Source of the DNA: Octopus sinensis
Taxonomy: Eukaryota
Reading direction: 5' to 3'
Length of the DNA: 64,000 nt
Assembly: GCF_006345805.1 (NCBI RefSeq)
Contig: NC_043008.1
Span: forward strand, 78,554,001 to 78,618,000
The position numbers and the translations under genes are program-made. The notes below the pieces were generated by a model that worked only from the letters and a program-made list of their open reading frames with translations, was not told the origin of the DNA and did not search any database. Shown piece after piece: positions 50,400-63,764 of this stretch; within the stretch, counting starts at the first letter, position 1, and each line of letters opens with the position of its first letter.

Positions 50400-51960
50400 A
50401 CACGCTAAATAGAATCAATAGAAGAAGATTTGAAATAGTGAGCCATCTGGATATACACGATAGCACTGAATCTTATACACCTCCTAGAAAACCTCGGATA
50501 ACACTGAAAGACAATAGACCGAATTTTTGCAGAGCCCCTCAGTTAGACTCATCTGCCCCGGACATCAGGAGGATAAGTAAGACGATAACAAATGGAATGA
50601 TATCAAAACTAAGATCATAAAATACACTAGCACTGTAGCCAGACACACAAGAGGTAATCGGGTGGTTTAAACAACTAGAAATAAATAAACACGGTAATTT
50701 CATTCAACTAGACATTGAAGGATATTATGCGAACTCCATTCTCCTAAATAAGGCATTAATCTACACTAGGAATAACTCAGATCTCTCTAGACACGAGATC
50801 GACGTAATACTAGCGGCGCGCAGAAGCCTAGTAGATTTTGATAGCAAACTTTGGAACAAGTTGGATAGACTGGATGCGTTTGGTATAGAGATGAGATCCT
50901 CGGATTCTGCACTAGTCACCGACCAAGTCGGAGTCTATACCCCTATCACTAATCCAGTCCTATTTCCTAGGAGTCTGCAGAGGTCTGTACAGGGAAATAG
51001 AAACAGTAAAGTTGAGCTGGAAAAGCACAAAATATCTTTATTCAAATATTTTAAACTTCGGACTCCCAATCACCATAAACAATGAATACCGTAGGGTGAA
51101 TTCCTTAGATGCCACTTCCAATTTAAATACTGGGTTGTGTGAACCCTTTCATAAACCCAATGAGAACCTAAGATATATAAACGTTAGATCCAATCATCCA
51201 CTGTTTATTATAAAGGGACTAGTAAAGAATATCTCGGCCAGAATATCCAAACTGTCAACTACTGAAGCGATATTCGATTAACATGCACCCTATTATAACA
51301 CCGCTCTAGCGACGGCTGGCTACAGCGTGAAGATACAATACACGAGTAGTAATAATAATTATAGTAATAACCGAGGCAACTCCTGGAATAACCCCACCAA
51401 ACACAACACGTACAATGATCAAAACCTGGATTCAAACGACCCAAACCGTATGAAGAGAACAAGGTACATGATTGGATAGAGACAAATAGGACGGTCAACA
51501 CATCAGCTCCGCTAAACACAGAATATCACAAAATTGCAATAGCACTCCAGACATCCGAACAAATAAACCCAATAGGAAATACAAAAAACATGGAGTCCTC
51601 TGGTAGAACGTAATCTGGGGCTCGAATGCCTCATCACGTATCGTGAAACAGTTCTTCGCTGCACTCGATCGTTGCTTCCAAAAAAACGGTACATACAGCC
51701 AATTACTGGCATACTGTAAAACTGTTGTGTGCAAATTCACCAAACATGGAGCACCACATTCATATGATTAATAATCGGAAGCTAAAACAGCGTATATTGA
51801 CGGAGACCCATATAGCAACACAAGAGACATCGATAATACCAACTATATAACGCATAACAGTCACAATAACTCGAAACGTGGAGTAGATGAAACAGTGACA
51901 ACTGAAGAAGGGGAATATTCTTTATATTGTATGTCTCGTTTCTCTGTTTGTTTCGTTTTT
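50400..51960 (+). mobile_element. PLE of a second RT lineage (Neptune/Nematis/Hydra-like), endonuclease missing
   Basis: PRITLKD..PNF, FIQLDIEGYY, FGIEMRSSDSALVTDQVGVY, EPFHKPNENLRYINVRSNHP and a KQFFAALDRCF..N linker. Sequence passes to non-coding without a GIY-YIG domain. Confidence 0.8.
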
Positions 51961-52118
51961 CGAAAAAAAGTTTGTTTCTATGTTTTTGTTTTTATATTTT
52001 CGTTTTTCATTGTGTTCAACGTTTTTTGATATCTTGTACCCATATATGCATGCATATATACATATATGAAGGCATGTACATATATGTAAGTATATATTGC
52101 ATATATTTATATATTATT

Positions 52119-52165
<47 letters not shown>

Positions 52166-52835
52166 CATTTTATTGAATACCATGTATCCATGTCCAAGTC
52201 AGTTTATCTATATACATAATATATATTTATGTATGTATGTACGTATGTATGTATGTATGTATGTATGTATGTATGTATGTATGTATGTATGTATGTATGT
52301 ATGTATGTATGTATGTATTTATGTATGTATAAGTGTATGTATGCATGCATACATGTATACTCTGTGAGATATATATATCGGAGGTAATAGTTTCACTTTA
52401 ATAGTTTCTGTATTAATAGTGAAACTAATAAACTGAAAGTCTCCCACATCACAATAGAAAGATGCTATTGTTTCAGTTTTGACACGCAATACTGAAATAG
52501 TGTAAGAGATGAGATTGCTCTGGGCTTGCATTAGGCAAGAAGTTGAATATTTTTTGGGCCCATGACACACATGGACCCTAAGTAAGGCATGTGTAAAATT
52601 TGAATGAAATCAGTTATGTAATTCTCAAGTTTTAGGGATTCACACTGACAGACATTCTCATCTTATATGCGTATATATGTTTATATATATATATATATAT
52701 ACATATATATAAAAGTAGGTAAATGGTACAACAAGGCACCAATTTTTACTGGAAAATAGCAATCCTAATAAATACGACGCTATTGTATAGCTTCACAGAG
52801 TATATATTAGCATAGATATGAATACATATATATGC

Positions 52836-52891
<56 letters not shown>

Positions 52892-53452
52892 TGTATATGA
52901 ATATATGTATATGTATATTTGTGTGTGTGCGTGTGCGTATGTATGTATGTATATATGTATGAATATAAATATATCTATACATACGTGTGTGTGTGTGTGT
53001 TGAGGAAGGCCTTAACATTTATCAAGCATATCACATGGAACATCAATGTTTATCTCCATTAAGACAGAAAAGTCGCATAAAATCATGTTAAAAATCATGA
53101 GACTTGTGTAAACGGGGGGAACAACTCTTGGATGATCATCTCCCTTGAATATAACTTCAAAAAATTGAAATTTTTTTCACCTATATTGATGTTTGCACAT
53201 ACTTGCATTAAAATCTTACAATTTAAAAATTTGTGCACTTAATAGTTCATATTTACATACATGTGCACTTGTTTGTCAAATGTTTATCACATGCTTTGGG
53301 GTAATAAAAATTTCAGTGTTTAATAACAGCATCTATTATGGATTTGTGTATATTTTATAAGTTTATGTATATATTCATGAATTAGTATATATACTGTTTC
53401 AGTTTAAATATCATGTGGTGTTTTGTGTATATGGATTTATTCACATCTATAT

Positions 53453-53485
<33 letters not shown>

Positions 53486-53654
53486 CACATATGTGGCTGA
53501 GTGGTAAGTAGCTTGCTTACCAACCACATGGTTGCAGGTTCATTCCCACAGTGTGGCACCTTGGGCAAGTGTCTTCTACTATGGCTTCGGGCCGACCAAA
53601 GCCTTGTGAGTGGATTTGGTGAATGGAAACTGAAAGAAGCCCATGGTATATATG

Positions 53655-53737
<83 letters not shown>

Positions 53738-53841
53738 TATCAATAATAACAAAGGGTAAAATTAATTAATTAACTAGTAATCAATAATTTCACCAAGTAG
53801 AATTCGGCCTGAAAAGGACCATTTCACGGTAAACTAAAGTA

Positions 53842-54240
53842 ATACTTTATAATAGGGTTCAGCAAAGATTTGCTTTACCACATACTGAAGTTTAGAAATA
53901 GCAGCCAAAAAACCTTAGCTATTTCCTCTACTTTAAAAAGAGACTCCCGGAAAAACCAAATTGCTCGAAAACAATCCACGAAGGCAGAGAGGAAAAATAA
54001 TGAAAATCAATCGATATTAGATTACCCATGTACACGTTTCGGAATTAGATCGGTATAAAGAATGTGTAATTTATAACTTACCCGAACATTTTCTTCATCA
54101 GCATGGATTGTTTCCGAGTAATTTGTTTTTTCTGGGAGTCTCTTTTGAAAGTAGAGGAAATAGCTACGGTTTTTTGGCTGCTATTTCTAAACTTCGGTAT
54201 GTGGTAAAGCAAATCTTTGCTGAACCCTATTATAAAGTAT
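53842..54240. repeat. Fold-back with ~137-bp arms enclosing a hammerhead motif
   Basis: ATACTTTATAATAGGGTTCAGCAAAGATTTGCTTTACCACATAC at left is mirrored at 54197-54240. Confidence 0.9.
54026..54106 (-). ncRNA. Type I hammerhead ribozyme motif, near intact
   Basis: Minus strand reads CCATG-CTGATGA-[AGAA...TTCC]-GAAAC-GT-GTA-CATGG: perfect 5-bp stem I, complete core, GUA triplet, minimal stem III. Confidence 0.75.
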
Positions 54241-54509
54241 ATATATATATATAATATATATATATATATATGGATATGTGTGTATGTTTATGTGTTTGTG
54301 TTTGTCCCCCCAACATCGCTTGACAACCGATGGTGGTGAGTTTATGTCCCCGTAACTTAACAGTTCAGCAAAAAGACCGATAGAATAAGTACTAGGCTTA
54401 CAAAGAATAAGTCCTGGGGTTGATTTGCTTGACTAAAGGTGGTACTCCTGCATGGCCACAGTCAAATGACTGAAACAAGTAAAAGAGTAAACTATATAAA
54501 TATATAAAC

Positions 54510-55445
54510 TATAGCAGTATTATAGATAAGGCAATTAAGGTTATGAAGACAGAGAAAGCTCCTGGACCATTGGGTAATACTGCCGAGATGGTTAAAATAT
54601 CAGTGTGAGATACCGCTTTGTCACTTTCATAGTTAATCACGTTGTGTAGGAAGGCATCATCCCCAATGACTAGTGTAGCAATATTATAGTTAGCTGCTAC
54701 AAGGATAAAAGTAATGCCATAGATAGAAACAAATACAGAGGTATCAAATTGCTGGACCTGGTCATGAAAGTTATAGAGATGGTTATAGCTCAATTGATTA
54801 GGAATAGAATGAAACTTGGTGAGATGCAGTTTGGTTTTGTTCCTGGGAGGAATACCACAGATGCCATCTTCCTAGCAAGACAGTTGTAAGAGAAGTATAT
54901 AGTGAAAAGAAAACCTTTTGTTGATCTGGAGAAATATTTTGACAGAATTTCCTGCTCTCTTATTTGGTGGTCTCTATGGAAGCTAGGAGTAGAGGAGTGG
55001 CTTATTAGAACCATAAAAGCCATGTACAGCAGTGCCATCAGTAAGGTGAGCATAGAAGTAGAGGTTCACCAAGGATTAGGCTATATTCTATGGTAGTGAA
55101 ACATACTTAGGCTGGAGAGAAATGAGGGTGGTATGATCTGCTGGATGTGTAACATCAGTGTGCATGAACAGCAAAGTGTAATTCTGTTGTGAGAAAAGTT
55201 GGGAATAAGAAGAATTAAATGTGGTGTGCAGGAGAGAAGACTATGTTGGTTAGGGTATGTGATGCATATGAATGAAGACAGTTGTATAAGGAAGTGGATG
55301 GTACCTATGGAAGAGGGAGACCCAGGAAGACATGGGATGAAGTGGTGAGGACAAATCTTAGGATGTTAGGGCTCATGGAGGAATTGACAATGGACCGAGA
55401 TGTCTGGTGCTATGAGGTTCTAGAGAAGATCCACAACTGAGTTCC
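54510..55445 (+). mobile_element. RTE-clade LINE RT, internally deleted
   Basis: KAPGP, YRGIKLL, MQFGFVPGRNTTDAIF, VDLEKYFDR and C-terminal GRPRKTW. Confidence 0.88.
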
Positions 55446-55850
55446 AGAAGTGTTGTGTCCCACCCACAGGTAACAATAAAATTTTCATATACCCTACCCC
55501 TAGAATCCAAACTACATCACCGCTCCCAAACTGTATCTTTTTCATCTTCACATTTCCTCTTCATACACTATGATTTCCTCCTACTCCCCATCCCTGCTCA
55601 CTGTATTGCTGCTTTCCCCATCCTACTCCTTATACTCAGGTTCTCACCAGTAATTGCAATTCCCACCCCCACTCCCTACTCACGCCTTCTTGGCAATACC
55701 TGGCCACACATATTATGATCCCATACCTTGAGGGCATGCCTTGGCAATTTCTATCATTTACCTCTCTCTTCCTTACTCTATCATCCCATCTATGCTCTGA
55801 ACCCCATTCCTTGTGAGCCCACCCTGGCACTTCACCATCATCTCTCTCCT

Positions 55851-55886
<36 letters not shown>

Positions 55887-57829
55887 TTGCTCTTCTCTCT
55901 GGCTTAGTATCCATATATCTCCTGTACAGCAGCACACCTGCTTCTGCCTCTGTCTCTCTGTCACACTCTAATCTTTCCTCATCTGACACAAGATTACCTC
56001 TTCTAATGACACCTCCTTTCTCAAAATTCCTTGTCTTGCAAGTTCCTTGGTGAGCCTGCCAGTGCTGGTGCCATGTAAAAAGCATCCAGCCCACACTGTA
56101 AAGTGATTGGCATTTGGAAAGGTACCAGCTGCAAAAACCATGCATTACTGAGTATAAATCAGCGAACATCTCCATAATAAAGCCATATTTTAAGTTTAGT
56201 TGTATAAATGCTCTGTATAATCATTCAAATGAAAATAGCTTTATTTCTAACTAACTGAATTATTACATGCTATTATATAAGAATGTTCTTCTCAGCCTAT
56301 GTGCGCATCTCTTCAAAACCTCATCAAATTCATTAATAATATTATTTTTGCAATCCATTATTTCCCTTATTTCAGTATAGCACAACATGCATCAATTTCC
56401 ATTCCCATTTTACATTAGACTAAGTGAACAAAAAATATATATCCTGGTGTTTTAATTCATAATTTTTTCCTGATAGTAAGGCACTACAAGCCTTATTTCT
56501 GGTTTTGAAACTCTGAAGAGGATAACAAAATTGAGCCTGGAAAGATGTCTATTTCCATGCTGGCATGGGATGGAAGCTGGCATAGCAGAGGTCAGTTTCA
56601 AGCTGTAGTTTGCTTTGCCATGATTTCTGTGGCAAGATGCACTTCTTAATTCTAACCACTTTACAGAGTATACTGGGTACTTTTTATGCAACACCAGCAC
56701 CAATGAGGCCACCAAGTAACTTGCAAGACAAAGACCCATCAACTGAAAAGTGGGTAGTATTGAAGGAGGTTGGTTTGTGCCAGTTGATGGGAGGGACAGA
56801 ATCAGAATCTTGCTGTAGAGCAGATACTAGGGTACTTCAGTTGCAAAAGAGAGAAGAGAGAGAAGAGAGAGACAGATGCGTTAGAGTGTACTTTCAGTGA
56901 AAATGTGTTAAAACAAGTGTCATCATCATCCTTATTTCATTGTTTGACAGGATCTAGCAAGCCACAGGGTTGTGCTGAATTCTAGCGTTAGTTTTGGCTG
57001 GATGCTCTAACTGGATGTTGTTTTCATGACTCTGGTACTAGTGGGGTTGCTAAGTAATTTTGCAATACAGCAAAAAAGGACAGAGAAAAAAGAAAAGGAA
57101 AATGTTCTTGCTTCTTAGTATATCAGGGTGAATATATGGTTGGAGGAAGTGGCTTTGTGTGAGGTGTTGAAATGCTAAATTATAACTGGACAAGCACAGG
57201 TGTCTTGCTGTATAAGGGATAGAGCACTACCCTATGTTATATATAAGGATGGGTGAAAGTAGTCAAGAAGGGAATAAAAGACGGTGGAGATTGAGTTGCC
57301 AGGGCAAACTCTCAAACTACAAGAAGATGAGCATAAAAGAGGACACAGACAGTAGTCCGTGGGAAGAGAGAAGAGAGTGTGAAGGGAGAGTAACAGATGG
57401 TTAGAGGTGAAATTAGTGATGAACAAGAGTGGAAGAACAATTGATGGAAAATATCAGTATGGAGGGATACAAAATAGAAGAGATAGAAGTGACCCAAGAA
57501 GGATAGATCAGATGGTAGGGAGATGATGGGTGAGGTGTAAGAGTGGTGATAAGGGAAATGCAGGGTACATGTGGGCAGCTTTCGTGAGTGGGGTGTGTTG
57601 ATGGATAATAGAGGATACAGAAAGATAGTAGACATGTGAGCTGTTAAAACAGAGTTGGTGCAGAAAGGTGATAGTTGATGAAAATAATTAGTGAAGGGAG
57701 AGTAATAAAGATAAGGAATTGAAGTAGTTCCAGGGAAAAGGTAAATGGTATTACAAAGAAAGGGGTAGGTGTAATATATGCTGATACTACCTTCAAGTAA
57801 TAACAACCATCAAGTAGTGCCATGGATAG

Positions 57830-59340
57830 AGGAGTGGTAGAGGGCTGGGTGTTAGGGGAATGCTTGACAGAGCAAGATGGGTGACAAGCATAAACAGAAT
57901 GCTTTTACTGCATAATTTCTTCTGTGTTGGGTATTCCTGAGCACAGCAAATCACTAATCCTCCTGTTCCTATGTGAGGCTTGTGAGGCTTGACATCTTGA
58001 GATCAGCCTTTACTACTCTATCCCTTTTCTGCAATTTTCATCCACTTGAATGGCTGGCACTACTTTATGGAGGTGTCCTCATTCATACACCCACATGACT
58101 AAACTAATGCAATCATCTCTCTTGCACACTACATCTCATTCCTCTTATACTTTGTTTTTTTTGTCAATACCTTAACACTTTGCTGTAAATGTGCACTGAT
58201 ATTGCACATCTAATGGAGCATACTAGCTTCATTCTCCTCTAGTTTTTGCAGGTCCCCTGCATTCAGTACCCACATTTCACTGCCATGTAACATTGCTATT
58301 TGTACACATATTATATCATCTACCTTTCACTGAGATAGTCTATTTGTTGTCAAAGGAAGTAATAGCTCTGGACTTTCATCATCCTTATTTACAGTGGATG
58401 GATAGGTGTCATCTTGTCTGTTGTTATCACAACATTTTGGATGATGTACTCTCCAGCCTTCATCCGGTGTTCTGGTGGAATTTCGAACTCAGACTACTTG
58501 ATGAAAGCTGTTGAGTACATCAGCCTAAACGTTGTGGTAACAACAAACAAGATGAGGACACCTATCCATACATTGTAAATAATGTACATAATTCCTCATC
58601 TCAAAAATATAGAATAGTGTTTCTTCATCCTATTTTTATTCTAGCAACTATACTTTCAGAACATTCTTTCCCACAGCTAATTGGGTCACCTAGGTAACAG
58701 AAACTATCTACTACCTCCAGGGAATCTTCTGTGCATTTGAGAAAACCTAGTTCCCTTGTTCATTGATCCCATGCATTTTCCATATACAAAGACTATTTTC
58801 TCTGTTAGCCTTCTTGTGATAACACTGCACCCCTTGTGTTCATAGCTTACACTGGGCACACAGTATGGAATTCCTCCCCACACCTTTCTTGCATATCAAA
58901 CAGGGCCATTTGCTTGAAAAGGGCCATCTTGTATGTTTTCCTGTTTACTAAAACATTGGTCCACCCCTGGAATACAATTTCTAATACAAATTCTATGAGA
59001 ATGAGATCATCAGCATATAGTAGTTTCTAGGTGTTAAATTCCTCTATTATGGCCTGAAGAACAGTGATAAATAGGAAGGGACTGATAACTGAGCTTTGGT
59101 GAACTAACTACTCTCTAAATTCATCTCTGAACTTCTGGCTAGCTCTCACATTACTGACAGCTCCCCTGTACAGCTTTCACAAGCCATTAATCTATTCCTA
59201 GCTGCCTCAGAGATCACCAGTTTATAGAGTAAGGAACTCTGTTGAAAGTTTTCTCAAGGTCAACAAGTGTCAAGTACAATGGTTTACTCTTGGCTAAATG
59301 ATCCTACAGTTGTCTTACTTGGTAGATAGTATCTAGTACT
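57830..59340 (-). mobile_element. Degenerate RTE-clade LINE
   Basis: CCTTGAGAAAACTTTCAACAGAGTTCC on the minus strand encodes a DLEKAFDRVP-like motif; the surrounding sequence parallels the 54.5-kb copy. Confidence 0.6.
58385..58582. repeat. ~200-bp fold-back with decayed hammerhead motifs in both arms
   Basis: TTATTTACAGTGGATGGATAGGTGTCATCTTG is mirrored by CAAGATGAGGACACCTATCCATACATTGTAAATAA. Confidence 0.85.
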
Positions 59341-59579
59341 TCTTTTCTCGATCAAAAAACCAAATTGCATCCAATCTTGTGTAATTCTCTTCCTAATTAA
59401 CTGGGTTATAACTCCCTTTGCAATTTTCATGACCTGATACATTTGTATTTACTTCTGCCTAAAGTATACCTTTAATCCTTGTAAAAGTTGACTAAAATGC
59501 TGCTACACAAGTCTTTGGGTATAACACCTTATTGTATAACCTGATTATATATATATATTATATATATATATATTATATA

Positions 59580-59633
<54 letters not shown>

Positions 59634-59714
59634 TGTTCATAAATTACAGACATCACTAAATAAATCCCCAATGACTGTTATATTTTTTATAACATAATAG
59701 GTTAGATAGGATTA

Positions 59715-60746
59715 TGTCTATATTACAATAAACAAAACATGCTGTGCATGTATAGTAATATTACAATCATGAAATTAGCATTAACTTGTAGAGCGACCGT
59801 ACATAAAGGAGAATGATGACAAATGTCTCCTTTGTGAACTCCACACGGTCGCCTATAAAAGAAGCCAAAATACAATGGATAAATGAATAAAGAATGCCAG
59901 TAAAGAATAAAGAGAAAAATACAACCGTATAATGTATAAGAGAAGAAGATTTTATTTAGATGTGTTCGTGAGGAACAGAGTGTTTGTCTATAAATACGAC
60001 AAGTGTGTGTCCATGTGTTCATAGAGTGTGTCCGTGTGTGTGATAACAGTGCAAGATAATACAATACAGAGCATAGAAAGAGTCTATAACAGAATCCGCT
60101 AGATGAATGCTCCGACAAGATGTTGATAAATACCAGTTTGGTGTAAGACAGACCATAGTTAGTTCTGTAACAGAGAGGTTGGTGTCAAAGTGGAGAGCCA
60201 GTTGAAATTCATGTCTAGTAAGCGGTTGAGGCTTCAATCTTATACCGGGTTACTTGGTACAGAAGTTCTCACAGGTAGACTGGAGCTGTTAACCTTGGTG
60301 AGTATTCACAAACAGCGTTAAACCTGGAACGGTATTGATGTTGGTGTGTACATATTGATGTTGGTGTAGACGACGTGAAGTTGAAGGACGAGGATAAGCT
60401 TAAGGCGGTGGTGGAGAAAAGTCCTGAGTTGCTTCATGCTGGTGTCATCACTGTCTGTCGCAGGAACATGGCTGAAGTCGCTCGAACAGGCTGGTCTGTC
60501 ACTGGATGCTCTGTGGTCAATGGTCTAGGACCAAAAGACGAAATGGTCTGTTGATCTAGCCTTTTTAAAGGGTTTAGTTGGCTCAAACAAGATATTAGAA
60601 AAACAGTGTCTCGGGACCTTATCTGAAGGTTACGATTGGTTGGTTTACACATTGACGCAAAGAGATAAAACTGCACCAAAGCAAACCAATCAGAGTAGCG
60701 GACACAACATGACCTAAGCACCGAAGGATGGCTGCTATCTGCCACA
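59715..60746 (-). mobile_element. Possible LTR-like fragment
   Basis: TG...CA bounded ~1-kb block with TATAA- and AATAAA-like signals. No TSD and no coding domain found. Confidence 0.25.
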
Positions 60747-60871
60747 ACGTTATTTGTATTATATCTCTCAAGCAGTGAGAATATCACCGAGGTACTCTAT
60801 TATAACCTCGGGCCAACTAAAGCCTTGTGAGTAAATTTGGTGGACAGAAACTGAAAGAAGCATCTGTCATA

Positions 60872-61950
60872 TATATATATGAGCAAAATGCACCCCGTCC
60901 AATGGACGGTGCTGAGTTATCAAACATTTAAACCAAATTTTTCAAAATGACTTGTCCGACCATCCCATAGGCCTCCCCTTTGAGAAACACTGATTTAACC
61001 TAAATTTGAGACACCAGCAAAAGAAGAAATAAAGATAGATTTTTTTCTATTCCAAAGAAAAACGATTTTATTCACACAAATATGCAACCGAAGAGTTTAA
61101 AGTACCAGTAATGATAAGGCTGTTTGACTGGGAAACATGGTTTAAACAGTTAGCTTGGCAGGAAAGAAACGTGCCTTTAAGCAGTACAAAAACAACAAAA
61201 AATGGAAGGTGCAGTTATGTACAGGTTGACGGAAGAAAAGCAGGACAAAAACGAAGCAGGCAAATGGGTTAGTTGGAGGTAAATCTAGATGGAAAAGCAT
61301 GATGAATTTATGAGAACATACCTGGGACAATAATAAGTTTATCCTATAAAACATGTAGGAAATCAACTAGGGGCGATTTTTGATGAAAAACAACAACCTA
61401 GGGAACTAAGTAACTAATTTTAGGCTAACTTACTTTACGGGATGTTCAAGGGCATGGAAAAGCTAGTGGAGCGCAGCCTTGTAAACCACATTCCTTGTTA
61501 CTCCATCTGGAGCGTAGTAAAAAAGGTTTGTCAAACAGCCCACATACAGTTTTCCGTGCGAAAAGTAGGGAGTACTGAGGTCCAATCCCACAACTTTCAA
61601 TGACTGCCCCTGTACTTCGTTGATGGTCATCGCAAAGCTCAGGCGAATAGGGAATTGAATGCGTTTCATTGGATAAACACAGTCCGACGGAATCAATGGC
61701 ATGCGGGAAATAAAAAAAACATCCCCTGCTCCTTGACCCGTGATAACTTTTGCCTCGAGAACGTCATCCAAAAGTTGGGTGAGAACCAACCGAGTGCCAT
61801 TGCAAAGTCGTGGGGGTTCCAAGTTTTGGAGGAGAATAATGGGACTTCCAACCTTGAGGCAGAGTTTATGGGGTAGCAAACCCAATGGTTCTTGTGAGTT
61901 AAGAAATTCGGTAGGGTACACCATGACTTGTTCTGGGTCAGTAATTGAAT
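60872..61950 (-). mobile_element. Helitron 3' fragment (Pif1-like helicase C-terminus)
   Basis: YPTEFLNS, LKVGSPIILLQNL.PPRLCNGTRL, QFPIRLSFAMTIN..QGQSL, FSHGKLYVGC and TRNVVY. A CCGTCC-AAT-GGACGG hairpin near 60885-60900 may be the 3' terminus. Confidence 0.88.
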
Positions 61951-62004
61951 CAACGGCTTACGGGGAATAAGTCCAGGGGTCGATTTCTTCGACTAAAGTC
62001 TTTA

Positions 62005-62740
62005 TTTAGGTGTTAACATGTGTCTGTGTCTGTGTGTGTGTCATAAGTACATACATAATGATGATAATAATCATAATAATAATAGACAACAGACAGGATG
62101 TCATGCATACATAATGTGTATGTGTGTACAAACAAGGGTGTATGCGTGTGATAAAAATAATTAATGGCAGAGACACACACATACTCACATACACACACAT
62201 AACATCCCCACCAACACAAAACACACAAACATACACACGCACAAACAGACGCACACATACATATGCACCCTCACACACACACAGACAAGGACAATTAAAA
62301 CACAAAATACTCAGAGAGACACACACACACACACGTACACACACATAACATCCCCACCAACACAAAACACACAAACGTACATACGCACACACACTGACGC
62401 ACACATACACACATGCGAACAAATACATAAACACACACAACACCCTGACAAATACCATTCACACACATACACACACACACCACCACCAGAACAATTATAA
62501 CAACACAAACATACTCAGAGACACACACACTCACGTACACACACATAACATTCCCACCAGCACAAAACACGCAAACATACAGACGCACACATACACACGC
62601 GCGAACAAATACATGTGCACACACTAACACCCTAACAAATATTAATCACACACATACACACACAAGCATGCACACATATACACACACCATCCTACCAAAT
62701 ATAAAACACACACAGACCCATATACACACGCCATAATAAT
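62005..62740. repeat. Degenerate CA-rich minisatellite array
   Basis: Recurring ACACACATAACATCCCCACCAACACAAAACAC units. Confidence 0.8.
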
Positions 62741-63719
62741 CTCTGAGACCAATCAAAAAAGGCCCACAAACACAAACACATGTATACACACACACATAGA
62801 GACGTGCACAGAGACACACACACTCACATCATTCTGACCTCTAAGACCAGTCCCAAATCCACTGAACCATGACAGACAAGCCCAGAAACGAAAACATCCT
62901 TTTAATTCCACATTGCTCCTCCTTACCCCCCACCCAACCAACCTCCTACACTGTCCCTAAAAATAGCAAACATTCCTTAGCTACACACAAGACAGAAAAA
63001 TGCCAAAAAGACAGGTTGGCTCCTCTCCAATTTTTTGTAAATTCTTAAATATATCTCATTCTGTGTGTAATATATATACTACCAAACAAACATGATTTTT
63101 ATTGAACTCCTAATAGTTTTTGTTGAATATTTTCTTAAATACTTTCTTGTAAACTGTTTTCATTGTTTTCTTATTATTATCAAAGAATGTATATATGTAT
63201 TTTTATACTTTTGTGACAACCACCCACTACTTAACACAACAAGGCTTATACAAAGCTTTACTTTTTACTTTTGACAATATTTTTCTAAAAAAGTGAAACC
63301 GGTCAAGTGAATAAACATTTACTTATTATCTACAAACATAAGAATTAAGATTTTCTCCAGTGTTTGTATTATTATTGATATTATTTTTAATTTTTTGTAA
63401 CTTATTCTTATTTTCATGACGATTATACTTGTTTATAGAATAACGGGGACATTTGAAGTTAGCTGCTGCTTTTAACTGAGACCTTATCACTGAAATGTCA
63501 AGTGAACTATTTTATTCCACGCTATATGTTTTGATCATTTTTGTATACCATTGCATTTTCAGATTTCCCAGCAACAGTGTCTTAACTTCATTGATGTCTT
63601 CCCTGTCTACATTGCATGATTCTATCTAGCCATTAATGGCATGCTTCATGTTGATATGCCTTGATTCTTTATGGAATATAATAACTCTAATTTATATTTT
63701 GTATATATACATATATATA

Positions 63720-63761
<42 letters not shown>

Positions 63762-63764
<3 letters not shown>

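Larger units (their letters stand above)
53490..54490 (+). mobile_element. tRNA-derived SINE split by an insertion in its internal (TA)n tract
   Basis: Head at 53490-53645 and tail (TTTGTCCCCC...GCTTGACAACCGAT) from about 54290. The two are contiguous in the copy at 63762-64000. Confidence 0.85.
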
